IMG/VR virus record: IMGVR_UViG_3300016471_001002
Location: 147,098 to 211,097 of that record
Reading direction: 5' to 3' (one strand)
DNA: 64,000 nucleotides
Source: a virus
Taxonomy: Duplodnaviria; Caudoviricetes
This document shows, piece after piece, positions 1 to 10,517 of this stretch. Each line of letters begins with the position of its first letter. Position 1 is the first letter of the stretch. A program made the translations under genes and the position numbers. The notes under the pieces were generated by a model. That model worked only from the letters and a program-made list of their open reading frames with translations, was not told the origin of the DNA and ran no database searches.

Positions 1-392
1 TTACCAATCCTTGAATTGTTTGAAATAGATTGGTAATTTGAAGGAAGAACGAATTTATAAGCATGAGGACCTGCAGACTGCAAGTCTTCTCCTGTATCAG
101 TTCCTGAACCGCCTCCGGAAACGTTAGCGTCATATGTAGTACCAGTTAACGCAGTTAATACGAACTGAATATATTCGACAGTACCATTGTCTCCAGCAGA
201 TGCGCTTTGGACGAGATATAATGTTTGAGAAGGAGAATTAGGTATCGGTTCTCCGAATATAATGCCTGTCGACGTCTGTATGTTTGACCCTATTACCTCT
301 TCACCATCAATTTTTAAGTTGGAGGTATGAGCCTTGCCGAGTAATTTTTTCTGCGCAAAAAGTGTGGCGCTTGTGTCTGTTTTACCGGCCAT
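1..392 (-). CDS. putative virion structural protein, partial (runs off the left window edge)
   Basis: ATG at 392 directly after the stop of the 1741-aa ORF; reads MAGKTDTSATLFAQKKLLGKAHTSN... open to the edge; Ser/Thr/Gly-rich. Confidence 0.7.
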   Translation of the reverse strand, partial: MAGKTDTSATLFAQKKLLGKAHTSNLKIDGEEVIGSNIQTSTGIIFGEPIPNSPSQTLYLVQSASAGDNGTVEYIQFVLTALTGTTYDANVSGGGSGTDTGEDLQSAGPHAYKFVLPSNYQSISNNSRIG

Positions 393-393
393 T

Positions 394-3300
394 TTAACTC
401 CAGGTTATACTAATCCTATCTAAATAGCCAGTCCAGTCTTCAGATGCTGAAATTTTTACTACGATGTATTCAGCTCCTGATATTGTACCATCTGCTGTCG
501 CACCATTGAATGTGCACGTATTAGTCACACCGCTGACTGTCACTGTAGAATTTAAATCTCCACTTAAACAACCATCTCCTTCATTGAAATTTCCTGAACC
601 TGCCGACGGCTTTCCTAAATCCAACAACCCTGTTTTTCCTGGTATACCAACTTCTACGAAAACATTCTTATTTGCCCCAAGAACCGCCGCGTTTGCTCCG
701 GTTTTTCCAACAATTGTTGCGTCTCCGAATAATGTAACTTGAACGCTGGGTCTGTCATTTACAGTGTTGTTTAAAAATCCTCTAAAATAATTTCTTGTGG
801 AATTTGTTAATGAACTATAGTTAACGTTTCCAGCAGGAGACTCTATTGATCCACCCTCAATATGATTCCTGAAATCTCCATCAACTCCACCATCTTTAGG
901 CGCTAATAGATAAGTGTCATACACCAGCAATCCCGTAGCGTAGGTTGGGTTTCCAACTTGATCGTCCATGCTTATGGTAGAATCCCAAGTTTTTGTACCG
1001 CCTGTTATATCTGATTGAGCAGTATAAGATCCACTTGTGAGTCTGTACGTTTCACTCGTAAAGTATTCATCTGTATTAGCATTGCTCGTGTTTACAGGGG
1101 TCCACACTAACATATTTGTTGTAAGCTGAGAGGACAAAGTAAGAGTAGATTTTAGAGGGTGTAAAAACACCATTGCTCCGCCACAACTATACGCTGTTGT
1201 ATAATTTCCAGGTAAAGATTTTGTTCGCGTAAAGTTTATAGTTCCGCTAACGTGTAACAATTCATTTTGGCTATCTAAGTTTGTATTCAACGTTTGAAGA
1301 CTGTCTGTTGTAGCATTTGTAGTCTTCGTCGAAGATAATCCAGAACCTGACTGGATAATTTGGGCTGCAGTTGCATTTGTTAGACTTGCGAAAGAAATTG
1401 CAGTTGAGCTATTGGAATAAACGTTCTTATAAATGTTCGATATTCTAGTTCTTATGCTTCCTGATGGGGAATTAAAGAACTTAACTCCGCTCATGTATGA
1501 GAATGAATCATCACCAAATATTGACAGTCCATTGCCGGCAGAAGAAAGAGCATTTGAATCGGGATCATTAACCCACTCGACATAATTGGTTGTTCTGTTA
1601 ACGCCGTTTACTGTGTGATATACACGTAAGTAATTCCAACCAGTTCTTTGATTGGCGGGTACGACTCTGTACCTGGCAGTTCTCTGTATTTCTGAATATC
1701 TTGGGACACCATTGTCAAACAAACCTGGGCCCCACGTGCTTAAAGCGATGAAACCTGAACCATTTGCATTTAAACTTGTACCTGTTCCTGCACCTGGCGA
1801 TCCGACCCCTACGAGGTTATAAGATCCGGTTAATTCGACAGCATGTATTACGCTTCCGTTTACTTCGAGACTAATGCTTCCACTGTTGGCATCTGAAAAT
1901 GCGTTTGCGACGTAGTCCTGACCTGGTGACGTCACATCTTCATTTAAATCACCTTCCATGGTTGTCGCGCCGGCGAATACTGCTCTTCGAAGATTTGCAC
2001 CTGATGTTGCAACTTGATATATTGCGTTAAGATCCGCCGCAGAGAATCCTGCGTCTGTCGAAGAATTCGTGTATCCCGTTATAGATTTCGAAGAACCGAA
2101 AGAAAGTCTTGCAGTCGTCCCAGTGTTGTCAGAATCTATATTGTCTAAATCAGGGACTGGTGTTAAAGTTCCAGTACCCGCGCCGAAGTCTACAGTGATA
2201 GAAGAAACGTTACCTGTCCAAGAAGCGTCTGCTAGTATCTTTAAGACGACATACTCATTGTTGTCTACTGAAACATTTCCAAAGTTTAAATAGTTTGTAG
2301 CGTTTAAAGTACTGTCAAAACTTAGTAAGGCATTAGAAACATACGCACCGGCTCCTTCTTGCACGTTATCTAATACGAAAGGTAGCGCCACGTCCATCCA
2401 GCCCGTTTTACCAGGTATTTTAATAAAACACTTGATTCTTGACGCGTTGAACGCTGTCGCATTAGAGACTATAGTCGATGATCCATTCATCGCCAAAGAC
2501 AGGTCGTATTGTGCCCCAGATGTGTTTTTAAACCATCTATAAAATGTTCTTGTGCCTGTTATACCAGAATAATTTGGATTTTCATTAGGACCTCCTGAGA
2601 ATACGGAGAAGTTACCTCCATTCACAGCGTTCTTTGGAGATACCAGAGTCGTGTTATAGAATTGTAGTCCGTCAGAGTGGCCTCCATTTGAAGAAGTCAT
2701 GAAAACTTGTGAGTTCCAAACATTCGATGCATTAATGACATCGGCCTGAGCGTCATATGATCCTGATACTATTCTGTAGTTTTCTCTTCTAAATGTTTCA
2801 ACTAGTTCAGTCGATGTATTCGCATAATTGTATGCTAATATTTGAGAAGTTGTTGCTTGTCCACCATTAGATAAATTTGACTTAAGAGGATGAGTAACAT
2901 TGACCCCTGCAGTTATTGACCCACTGACCAAATAATCTACGTTGATTGCTGCAGATGAAGTTATATGTAAAGATTTGGAATGATTTTCTCCTGCAGCAGT
3001 ATTGATTGTCGGTTTAGCCTGGTTTGCAAAACTAAAGTTTAATCCTGAACTTGCGGCAGATGAATTGGACGTCGTAAAGCTAATTGCAGTGGTGTCATAA
3101 ACGTATTTGTAAGCGTTATCAACTTTAACTTTGTAGGTTAATGTTCCGCTTTGGAAATATTCGACGCCAGAAAGATGTATGGATCCTGAACCAGTAAAGG
3201 ATAATGAGCTATTGCTTGCAGATAAAGCGTTAGCATTGTTATCGTTAACCCATTCGACATAGTTCGTTTGAACTTGTGATGATCCTTTATTGTGTATGAC

Positions 3301-5619
3301 TTGAAGATAATTCCATCCGTTTCTTTGGTCTGCGGTGTGAACTAGATACTTACCTGTTCTGTGTTGGAATGGTGAAAATTCCATTCCATTAGATTGCAAT
3401 GCGCTACCTGTTTGTGAGAGATTTGTAAATCCAGATCCGTTTGCGTTAAGCTGCGATTTGGTTCCAGATCCAGGAACTCCAGTTCCTGCAGAGCTAGTTG
3501 TTAAATCTATGCTGTGAATTAAAGATCCGTTGACATAAAGATTTAAAGTTCCTTGGTTTGCATTTCCAAATGCGTTTGCTACGTAGTTCGTTACACCGGT
3601 ATTGTGTACGTATGATGAAACATCTTCGTTTAAATCTCCAGATACGTTCGTTGTTCCAGTATAGATTCCTTTTCTAATATTGTTTCCTGATGTAGAAGCA
3701 GAATAAGATCCGTTAACATCAACTGCTGAAAATCCTGCAGTCGTATTGCTAGAAACGTATGCAGGAGACGAAGAAGATTGATCATTGCTAGATCCAAATG
3801 AAAGATATGCAGTCGTTCCAGCTGCTGCATCACAATCTAAATTATCTAAATCTGGAGCTGGGGAAGGTGCTAAAGACAGTAATAATTCGTTGAATCTATC
3901 AATTGCAGTTCCTATCGGGGTAGACGGAGTGAAATCAGTAAAAATGCCGTCTGTGTACGTACCGTCTTCCGGATCTCCGATTGTTCCTGAAGATCCACCC
4001 CCACCAGTATCTCCAGTTGAAGATATGATTATAGAACCATTTGATTGGGATGTTATTTGAATACCAGATCCGGCAACAAGATATGATGTTCCATCGGTCA
4101 GCTGAGTTAATGATCCAGAAAATCCTGAATTAGCCTCTATTACATTTCCTGATATATCAGCTGCTCTTAAATTAGAATATGAAGAAATAGGAATAGGGAG
4201 AGATCCTGTAGCACTGTTCGTAGTCTTAGCAAATGCAAATTCTTCAGCAGAATCATCCCAAAACGCTGCGACATTTTCTCCTCCGGAAATTCCTCCAATC
4301 CACCCTCTATCTCCCGATGTTTCCGCAATTGTTCCAGAAGAAAATCCTAATCCTATGATTGAATCTTTAATTTCTAGATTTGTCGTGTTAATTGTAGTTG
4401 TGACGCCATCAACTATTAAATCGCCTGAAATTACTACATCGCCACCAATGATAACATCATTAGATACGCTTAACCCAGAACTGCCAGTAATCGATAAGTC
4501 ATTAAACTGATTATTTGTGCCTTTTGAAAATATGCTATCTTGAACTTCTAAATTGCCTTGTACGGCTGCATCATTAGAGATTGTAATTTCGTAAAAAGAT
4601 CCAGTTACTCCTGACAACGTGCTGGTCATCTTGTCATATGCAAGACCTTCACTTCCCCCGAAAGAACCTCCGTCATTAAATTGAACTTGAGTATTTGATC
4701 CTCCTGGAGAGGATACTGCTGTTGATGAAATGGTGACTGAACCATTAGACGCAGATGAAATTGTTATATTATCGCCCGCAACTAAATATGATGTTCCATC
4801 TGCAAGAGTTGTGAGAGAACCTGAAAATCCGAGGATCGATTTTAGAGTACCAGATGCTACAACATCTCCGCTAAATACTGATTTATATCCGTCGCCAGGG
4901 GATCCTGAAACGAAAAAGAATGTGTCCGATCCTACGGTTATTGTCTCTGGATGAGGAGAGAAAACGATCGTTCCTGGTTCATTCTCAACTCTAATGTATG
5001 CAGATGCTTGTCCTAAAGCCAAAGATCCGCTGATTCTGACGTCGCCTCCAAAAACAGCCTTAGATCCGTCTAGTATCGATCCGCTGACATAGAAGAAAAC
5101 GTCTGTTCCTTTGTCACGAGGAGAATCAATTCCAGGTTCGCCTCCAGTAAAAGCTACAGCCCCTGTTGTAAATGCTGCGCCCGTCGTCGTTGAAACAAAG
5201 AAATTATCTCCACCACCTCCTGCAGAAGAAATCTGAATAGCTCCATTAGAAGTCGTAAGAAGAGTAATGTTGCTTCCAGCTATGAGGTAGTCCGTTCCAT
5301 CTGTTAATTTTGTTAATGAACCTGATATTTTGTTAGAAATTAAATTTTGTGCAGAAACTCCAGCTAACGTCGTACTACCTGTAGCGCTGAAATTGTTTAT
5401 ATTCAATGTTCCTGTAAACATTGAATTAATCTCATAAAGATCTAACGCTGGATTGTCTACCCAAGTACCTTCCGGATTTAACAATCTTCTTATCTGCGTT
5501 CTCAGGCTATTGAGATCATCCGTGAGGTCACGATTCGCTAATGTAAGATCGCGATTATCATCAACATCACTCCCAAATGAGGCAGTAATTTGATTTTGAA
5601 ATACCGAGGTTTTTCCCAT
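394..5619 (-). CDS. large virion structural protein (tail fibre/baseplate-like, 1741 aa) with internal tandem duplication
   Basis: Long S/T/G/N-rich ORF; recurring GSLTxLxDGxSYLxAG motif shared with the 28006-30135 fibre; two copies of a ~570-aa module. Confidence 0.75.
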   Translation of the reverse strand: MGKTSVFQNQITASFGSDVDDNRDLTLANRDLTDDLNSLRTQIRRLLNPEGTWVDNPALDLYEINSMFTGTLNINNFSATGSTTLAGVSAQNLISNKISGSLTKLTDGTDYLIAGSNITLLTTSNGAIQISSAGGGGDNFFVSTTTGAAFTTGAVAFTGGEPGIDSPRDKGTDVFFYVSGSILDGSKAVFGGDVRISGSLALGQASAYIRVENEPGTIVFSPHPETITVGSDTFFFVSGSPGDGYKSVFSGDVVASGTLKSILGFSGSLTTLADGTSYLVAGDNITISSASNGSVTISSTAVSSPGGSNTQVQFNDGGSFGGSEGLAYDKMTSTLSGVTGSFYEITISNDAAVQGNLEVQDSIFSKGTNNQFNDLSITGSSGLSVSNDVIIGGDVVISGDLIVDGVTTTINTTNLEIKDSIIGLGFSSGTIAETSGDRGWIGGISGGENVAAFWDDSAEEFAFAKTTNSATGSLPIPISSYSNLRAADISGNVIEANSGFSGSLTQLTDGTSYLVAGSGIQITSQSNGSIIISSTGDTGGGGSSGTIGDPEDGTYTDGIFTDFTPSTPIGTAIDRFNELLLSLAPSPAPDLDNLDCDAAAGTTAYLSFGSSNDQSSSSPAYVSSNTTAGFSAVDVNGSYSASTSGNNIRKGIYTGTTNVSGDLNEDVSSYVHNTGVTNYVANAFGNANQGTLNLYVNGSLIHSIDLTTSSAGTGVPGSGTKSQLNANGSGFTNLSQTGSALQSNGMEFSPFQHRTGKYLVHTADQRNGWNYLQVIHNKGSSQVQTNYVEWVNDNNANALSASNSSLSFTGSGSIHLSGVEYFQSGTLTYKVKVDNAYKYVYDTTAISFTTSNSSAASSGLNFSFANQAKPTINTAAGENHSKSLHITSSAAINVDYLVSGSITAGVNVTHPLKSNLSNGGQATTSQILAYNYANTSTELVETFRRENYRIVSGSYDAQADVINASNVWNSQVFMTSSNGGHSDGLQFYNTTLVSPKNAVNGGNFSVFSGGPNENPNYSGITGTRTFYRWFKNTSGAQYDLSLAMNGSSTIVSNATAFNASRIKCFIKIPGKTGWMDVALPFVLDNVQEGAGAYVSNALLSFDSTLNATNYLNFGNVSVDNNEYVVLKILADASWTGNVSSITVDFGAGTGTLTPVPDLDNIDSDNTGTTARLSFGSSKSITGYTNSSTDAGFSAADLNAIYQVATSGANLRRAVFAGATTMEGDLNEDVTSPGQDYVANAFSDANSGSISLEVNGSVIHAVELTGSYNLVGVGSPGAGTGTSLNANGSGFIALSTWGPGLFDNGVPRYSEIQRTARYRVVPANQRTGWNYLRVYHTVNGVNRTTNYVEWVNDPDSNALSSAGNGLSIFGDDSFSYMSGVKFFNSPSGSIRTRISNIYKNVYSNSSTAISFASLTNATAAQIIQSGSGLSSTKTTNATTDSLQTLNTNLDSQNELLHVSGTINFTRTKSLPGNYTTAYSCGGAMVFLHPLKSTLTLSSQLTTNMLVWTPVNTSNANTDEYFTSETYRLTSGSYTAQSDITGGTKTWDSTISMDDQVGNPTYATGLLVYDTYLLAPKDGGVDGDFRNHIEGGSIESPAGNVNYSSLTNSTRNYFRGFLNNTVNDRPSVQVTLFGDATIVGKTGANAAVLGANKNVFVEVGIPGKTGLLDLGKPSAGSGNFNEGDGCLSGDLNSTVTVSGVTNTCTFNGATADGTISGAEYIVVKISASEDWTGYLDRISITWS

Positions 5620-5690
5620 CGAATTTAAATATACGGCTTATGAGTATATGGCAACAATGACTTTATAAACGTATTAAATAATACAAAAGA

Positions 5691-7238
5691 TCACTGATCT
5701 TCGAACCAGCCCACAGATACTGCCGCGGTGTCGATATCACTACTACCTGCCCTGACGGCCGCTACGGTTATAGTCTCTCCATTCCCCACGTAGAAGTTTT
5801 CATCTTCGATCTTTAGAGTCACGGAAATATTCGCGCCGATGATGACTTCCTTTAAAAGCTGTGTGTTTGATCCTATCGAGACCGTCGTGGCAGCTGTATC
5901 TGTCGCGACCATAGAATGTGTTGAGTCTATGTGTTGGAAGTTGACCGGTCCTCCCAGCACCGCATTTTTATAGAGGATTATCTTTAAGATCTTACCGCTA
6001 CTGGAATTACCAGTTTCGCAACCGAAAGAAGCATTGAATAGTTGTATTTCTCCGTAGTTGGATTGGTTGTTAAACACCCTGTTCACACGAAGGGTTACGA
6101 CAGGAACTATCGTGCTGCTCACGCTAGACTTCGTAGCTCCTTTCGCGTACGCGACGCCGACGTTCCTTTGGACCAACCCTTCGTTGAATATCGCGGCCGA
6201 AGCGCCCTTTATTGTGACGTTAGAAGCCGAAGATCCGCTGTTGATGGCTTCCCATCTGGCGCTGGTCGCTGGGTCTCTTAGGACCAGAGTGTCTCTCACG
6301 TTCGTGTTTTGGATCTTGTGAACGTCGGTCAGGAATCCAGATTCTGGGTTTTCTATAGAGAACACTGCGTCTCCGAACCCGAGGTACTGGTAACCTACCC
6401 CATAGACGTTACCTTTAGAGGTATTGAGCGTGGTTCTGGATGGTCCGTTTCCGTCCATCGTGTCTAGGTTCCATAGTGATTGTGTGGTGAACGTCTCGAT
6501 GGGCAGCTCACCGACCTGAAGGGTCGAAGTCGTGGACACGATGGATACACCTCCCACCGTGATGCTAAAAGTTCCTCCAAATGGTCCTGGGATGTCGGAT
6601 ATGAAGTACACGGTACCGTCTATCGACTCTGCTTTCCACCCAGAACCTATATTCGAATAATCTTGTTGAGAGATGAGATATGATGTTTGATTGGCGTTTG
6701 TCCCGCCATTGATAGCGAAGGACGTTGACTCTCCGTTGAGGGTGACAACAACAGTGACGGCACCTTGAGCGGTGATGGAAAATGACCTGATTTCACGTTT
6801 GGACCTGGACCTGTGTAGGATTCCAAAGTCTGTACCGTTCTTACAGAAGAAATAACCAGATTCTCTGTTTCCGATGCCGGCTAATTGTCTTGTGTCGGTT
6901 TGTCCTGGACCAAACATAGAAGTAAGTCTGCACATCACTCCTTGTCCGGCTCTGTACTTTATGTGTCGTGACAGCCTCACTGATGAAGAACCTGACACCG
7001 AATTCCCTGAAGAACACGACATGATTCCCTCGGAGACGGAGACCGAAGCCCCGATTCCGTTTGAGGATGTGACCCACAGTAACTTGTGCGGGGCCGTTCC
7101 GCGGGCAAAAGTGGCTTGAGCGGCAGGAGTCATGTTAGAAACCAGCGTCGTTCCGAATGGACCTACGCCGTTCGCATTTGAACCATTGGAACCACCACCG
7201 CCTGCTGTTCTTTTACCTAAAGACGTAAATCCTGACAT
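5691..7238 (-). CDS. putative virion structural protein (515 aa)
   Basis: Long beta-rich ORF co-oriented with the structural gene downstream; GAGGA-like RBS upstream. Confidence 0.6.
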   Translation of the reverse strand: MSGFTSLGKRTAGGGGSNGSNANGVGPFGTTLVSNMTPAAQATFARGTAPHKLLWVTSSNGIGASVSVSEGIMSCSSGNSVSGSSSVRLSRHIKYRAGQGVMCRLTSMFGPGQTDTRQLAGIGNRESGYFFCKNGTDFGILHRSRSKREIRSFSITAQGAVTVVVTLNGESTSFAINGGTNANQTSYLISQQDYSNIGSGWKAESIDGTVYFISDIPGPFGGTFSITVGGVSIVSTTSTLQVGELPIETFTTQSLWNLDTMDGNGPSRTTLNTSKGNVYGVGYQYLGFGDAVFSIENPESGFLTDVHKIQNTNVRDTLVLRDPATSARWEAINSGSSASNVTIKGASAAIFNEGLVQRNVGVAYAKGATKSSVSSTIVPVVTLRVNRVFNNQSNYGEIQLFNASFGCETGNSSSGKILKIILYKNAVLGGPVNFQHIDSTHSMVATDTAATTVSIGSNTQLLKEVIIGANISVTLKIEDENFYVGNGETITVAAVRAGSSDIDTAAVSVGWFEDQ

Positions 7239-7302
7239 TTAATCCTCGATATTTGATAAGTATTGTAGAACTTATTTACTTTTAAAAGTATATTTAATTA
7301 CG

Positions 7303-7701
7303 ATGTCTATCAATTGGCCTGCAAACGGAGAATACGCATCACCTGCGTATCAGATATCCGCATTACCTTACCTATCTTCCTCGCTCATCTCGCAGGGCCA
7401 GGTTCACAAGTATGAATTTCCTTATGTCACGAAGTTCATCAACATCGTCAACAGAGGTTCAGTAGCGACGGACAAGATAACGTTGGCCTTCACGGAAAGA
7501 GGTTTGCAGTCTTCGGTTGGGAATTATATAACTCTTGATCAAGGAGACACGGTCCATGAAGAAATCAGAACCACTGTTCTTTTCATTTCGTGTTCGCAAG
7601 GTTCTTCTGTAGATTATCAAGTTTTTTGTGGTTTGACGAATATCCCGGCGAAAAATTTCTTGATCCTTACCGGATCTAACGGTCATCCTGGCGTAGGTTA
7701 G
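7303..7701 (+). CDS. hypothetical protein, likely structural
   Basis: 132-aa ORF preceded by ATATTTA-N6-ATG motif. Confidence 0.6.
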   Translation: MSINWPANGEYASPAYQISALPYLSSSLISQGQVHKYEFPYVTKFINIVNRGSVATDKITLAFTERGLQSSVGNYITLDQGDTVHEEIRTTVLFISCSQGSSVDYQVFCGLTNIPAKNFLILTGSNGHPGVG

Positions 7702-7741
7702 TGAAAACCTCGCGTTTTTTGTTGTATGATACAATGATAGG

Positions 7742-8065
7742 GTGTCTTGCAAGAAACTAAAGAAGGGTCGACCAAAGAGATTTCGCAAAGGAAATCTTGT
7801 TAAGTTGTCGATTCCGAAGCTGTCGTTGTGTAGGGATATGACTTCAATTTCTATGTGGAATAAACATCCTGAGTTTGATCATGAAATCAACTCTTATACG
7901 TGGAAAGGATTCCCTAAGGTCATCGGCAACATGTTAAAAAACAAATTATATGTTGTGGTTTTTGTCCACAATTTCCCTCATCCTAGCAAAGATCAATATT
8001 GTTTTTTATTTGGAAACGGAGAAAAAGGGTGGGTCAACTCTCAAAACCTAGAGAAAATTTCATGA
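7742..8065 (+). CDS. small hypothetical protein (SH3/KOW-like)
   Basis: RKGNLV motif; first gene of a tightly overlapping small-ORF run. Confidence 0.5.
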   Translation: MSCKKLKKGRPKRFRKGNLVKLSIPKLSLCRDMTSISMWNKHPEFDHEINSYTWKGFPKVIGNMLKNKLYVVVFVHNFPHPSKDQYCFLFGNGEKGWVNSQNLEKIS

Positions 8066-8289
8066 AACCCGGAGATCTTGTAGCTGGAAAACTTCCTAAA
8101 AAAAAGTTTGGATATAATGTAACTTCGCTCGTTGGCATGTTGATCGAGATTAAACAGATTTGGAACGTGAAAGTAAGACAAGGGAAATGGGACGAGCACG
8201 TAGAAGACCGTCGGTTGTGGTCCGTCCTGACCGTCCACGGGCTGGTCGAAGAGCTAGAGTCCAGGATGGAGATCATACGTGAATCCTAG
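8062..8289 (+). CDS. small SH3/KOW-like hypothetical protein
   Basis: Starts MKPGDLV at 8062 (ATGA overlap with the previous stop); the track start at 7999 is probably too long. Confidence 0.6.
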   Translation: MKPGDLVAGKLPKKKFGYNVTSLVGMLIEIKQIWNVKVRQGKWDEHVEDRRLWSVLTVHGLVEELESRMEIIRES

Positions 8290-8488
8290 GGTCGACAGAA
8301 TGGAGGTGGGCGACCTGGTGGTCTGGAACGTGACACGGGGCTACAACTATTTTGACGATAGCTTGAGAAGAATCGGAATTCTTGTCAAAAAGATAGACGA
8401 GTTTGAGCATTGGATCTACGCCGATGTGGTGAATGAACAAGGTAAGTTCGATAGAGTAATGTTATACAAGAAGGATAATCCTCTATGA
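8279..8488 (+). CDS. small SH3/KOW-like hypothetical protein
   Basis: MEVGDLVVW motif; overlapping run. Confidence 0.55.
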   Translation: MNPRVDRMEVGDLVVWNVTRGYNYFDDSLRRIGILVKKIDEFEHWIYADVVNEQGKFDRVMLYKKDNPL

Positions 8489-8733
8489 AGCCAGGAGATA
8501 TGGTAATTCTTCGTGCCGACAGGGTCGCAGTACAGCTTCTCAGTGATTCAATTGAGAACAGCACGAACGTTAGATCTGTTACTTACGGAAAGATTGGAGA
8601 TTCCACATCTTTTCGTAGAGGAGATACCGGTACTGTAGTAGAGGTTAACGCAGAAAATACCGCTCGAGTGAAGATTCTATATAAATCTTCGATGTGGTGG
8701 GGAAACGTTTCTGATCTATTAGTTATAAGTTAG
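8485..8733 (+). CDS. small SH3/KOW-like hypothetical protein
   Basis: MKPGDMV start; ATGA overlap. Confidence 0.6.
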   Translation: MKPGDMVILRADRVAVQLLSDSIENSTNVRSVTYGKIGDSTSFRRGDTGTVVEVNAENTARVKILYKSSMWWGNVSDLLVIS

Positions 8734-8742
8734 AACTGTGAC

Positions 8743-8982
8743 ATGAGCTGTGACATGAGTTGGGATTATAGAGTTTTTAAAAAGAAAATTGGTAATGACT
8801 TTGTTTATGAAGTTCACGAAGTTTATTACAACCTAGACGGTAGCATCAGGTCGTGGACAGAAAATCCAATTAATCCTACCGGTGGAACCTCCGAAGAATT
8901 AAAAAAAGATTTTTATAGGCAGCTGGATGCCTTTGATAAGCCGATTTTAGATTACGATCAGCTACCTTTGAGGCGTTCGTGA
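8743..8982 (+). CDS. conserved phage hypothetical protein
   Basis: W(D/N)YRV...HEVYY...G...WTENP pattern typical of a widespread small phage protein family. Confidence 0.6.
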   Translation: MSCDMSWDYRVFKKKIGNDFVYEVHEVYYNLDGSIRSWTENPINPTGGTSEELKKDFYRQLDAFDKPILDYDQLPLRRS

Positions 8983-9197
8983 AAAAAGGCGATTTAGTCA
9001 GGTTCGAATACCTCTCTCGACATTCATCTGGCGTTGGATGGGAATTCCACAGGGGTGTGGGGGTCATCGTAAAGCACGACTTGAAAGAAGATTCATACGC
9101 GATCATGACGAAGAGCGGTAACATGATCGAGAGGCTCGACATTCAGCTAGAGTTGATTTCAGAAAACAGCGAAAATGTTGAGAAGAACGAAGGTTAA
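8979..9197 (+). CDS. small SH3/KOW-like hypothetical protein
   Basis: MKKGDLV start; GTGA overlap. Confidence 0.6.
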   Translation: MKKGDLVRFEYLSRHSSGVGWEFHRGVGVIVKHDLKEDSYAIMTKSGNMIERLDIQLELISENSENVEKNEG

Positions 9198-9438
9198 AAT
9201 TGGGTCCATGGTCGTGTTAGCAAAGGGTTTACCTGATGATCCAATGTATCAAACGTCATTGTGGGAAACAGACCTTCATTTCCTTAGGGATCCTTTTACT
9301 TTAAAAATTTCTGGCGTCTGGATCGAACAGCGAGACATTTGTATCGTCATCGATAGAATCGGTACTGGGTTTGTTCTTTTAACTCCGCGAGGAGAAATTG
9401 GGTGGATCGGCAAAGAAAGAATGGAGATTGTTAGGTGA
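9175..9438 (+). CDS. small SH3-like hypothetical protein
   Basis: KIGSMVV...GEIGWI pattern. Confidence 0.5.
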   Translation: MLRRTKVKIGSMVVLAKGLPDDPMYQTSLWETDLHFLRDPFTLKISGVWIEQRDICIVIDRIGTGFVLLTPRGEIGWIGKERMEIVR

Positions 9439-9647
9439 ATAAAAAAGTTTATTTATCTCTTTTGCAAAAAAATAATAATGATGTAAAAATCCTTGGCGTC
9501 TATTCAACGGAAGAAAAAGCTATAAATCGTTGTTTAAAAGAACCATGCTTTTCCCACCAAGGATGGAGGAAAGAATCCATAGAAAAGAATCACTGGCATA
9601 ATGGATATGGTCTTTATACGAAGGTATTAGAATCAGCAATAGAATAG
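9435..9647 (+). CDS. hypothetical protein
   Basis: ILGVYSTEEKA motif common in small phage proteins; GTGA overlap. Confidence 0.55.
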   Translation: MNKKVYLSLLQKNNNDVKILGVYSTEEKAINRCLKEPCFSHQGWRKESIEKNHWHNGYGLYTKVLESAIE

Positions 9648-9716
9648 ATGTTATGAACAAGAAATAAAAATGATGTAAAATAAAAAGTATCCCTTTCGGG
9701 CAGAAAGAAAAATAAA

Positions 9717-9935
9717 ATGAGTGATGAAACAACGACAGTCGGTCCTGATCCAAGCACAATTCTTTGCAGAGTAGTTGATGTCAATTCTGCAATACAAAAC
9801 GCTTTTACAAAATTCCTAGAATCTGAAAGCAAGACTCTTGAAGATCTTGCAACTTCTTTACGCGATGAGATGTCTCAAATCGAATTGTTCGTTCCAAACA
9901 TGTCAGCTGCTGAGCAAACAGACCAGACCGGCTGA
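9717..9935 (+). CDS. hypothetical protein
   Basis: 72-aa ORF followed by a terminator. Confidence 0.5.
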   Translation: MSDETTTVGPDPSTILCRVVDVNSAIQNAFTKFLESESKTLEDLATSLRDEMSQIELFVPNMSAAEQTDQTG

Positions 9936-9956
9936 TCACAATGATCATTTGAAATT

Positions 9957-9984
9957 AAAAGGCTTCTTCATTGAAGCCTTTTTT
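9957..9984 (+). terminator. Rho-independent terminator
   Basis: AAAAGGCTTC-TTCATT-GAAGCCTTTTTT hairpin with T-tract. Confidence 0.75.
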
Positions 9985-10017
9985 GTATAATTTAAAAGCA
10001 GGAAATAGGATATCAAT

Positions 10018-10317
10018 ATGCCAAAAGCTACTAGTAAAGAAAAAGAAAAAACAACGTTTTATCCTGAACAAGGAACAGCATTTTGCGACAAGAGTTCAAC
10101 TCAAAAACTTTTGATTGTTGAATCTCAAGAAAATCTCGCTGTAATTAATGATTTAGAAGATGGTTTCGTTGCCGTTTATTCTTTAGAAAGCGGTCACGAA
10201 GATTTTGCTAATTGGTTGCAATCTGTAAAAGATGGTAAAATCGAAGTCGTGTGGTGTCCAGTGATGAAAAGAGTTGAAAACAACAAGGATTATTTAAAGC
10301 ACTGGAAGCTTTCATGA
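10018..10317 (+). CDS. hypothetical protein
   Basis: 99-aa ORF with AGGA upstream. Confidence 0.55.
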   Translation: MPKATSKEKEKTTFYPEQGTAFCDKSSTQKLLIVESQENLAVINDLEDGFVAVYSLESGHEDFANWLQSVKDGKIEVVWCPVMKRVENNKDYLKHWKLS

Positions 10318-10517
10318 AACGCATCGGTGTTTCTGCAACAATACGTTTGGACGCTTATAAAATCATTGATGAGGTTATAGATCGAGCCATTCGATACGGA
10401 TATCGTCGTGCACATAAACATGTGAACAATCCCTCTGAAGAATCTTTGATAATGGAAATCCATAATTCAGTCATGAATGATTTAAATGACGTTTTAAAGT
10501 TCGATGAAGAGTCTTGA
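10314..10517 (+). CDS. hypothetical protein
   Basis: ATGA overlap with the previous gene. Confidence 0.55.
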   Translation: MKRIGVSATIRLDAYKIIDEVIDRAIRYGYRRAHKHVNNPSEESLIMEIHNSVMNDLNDVLKFDEES

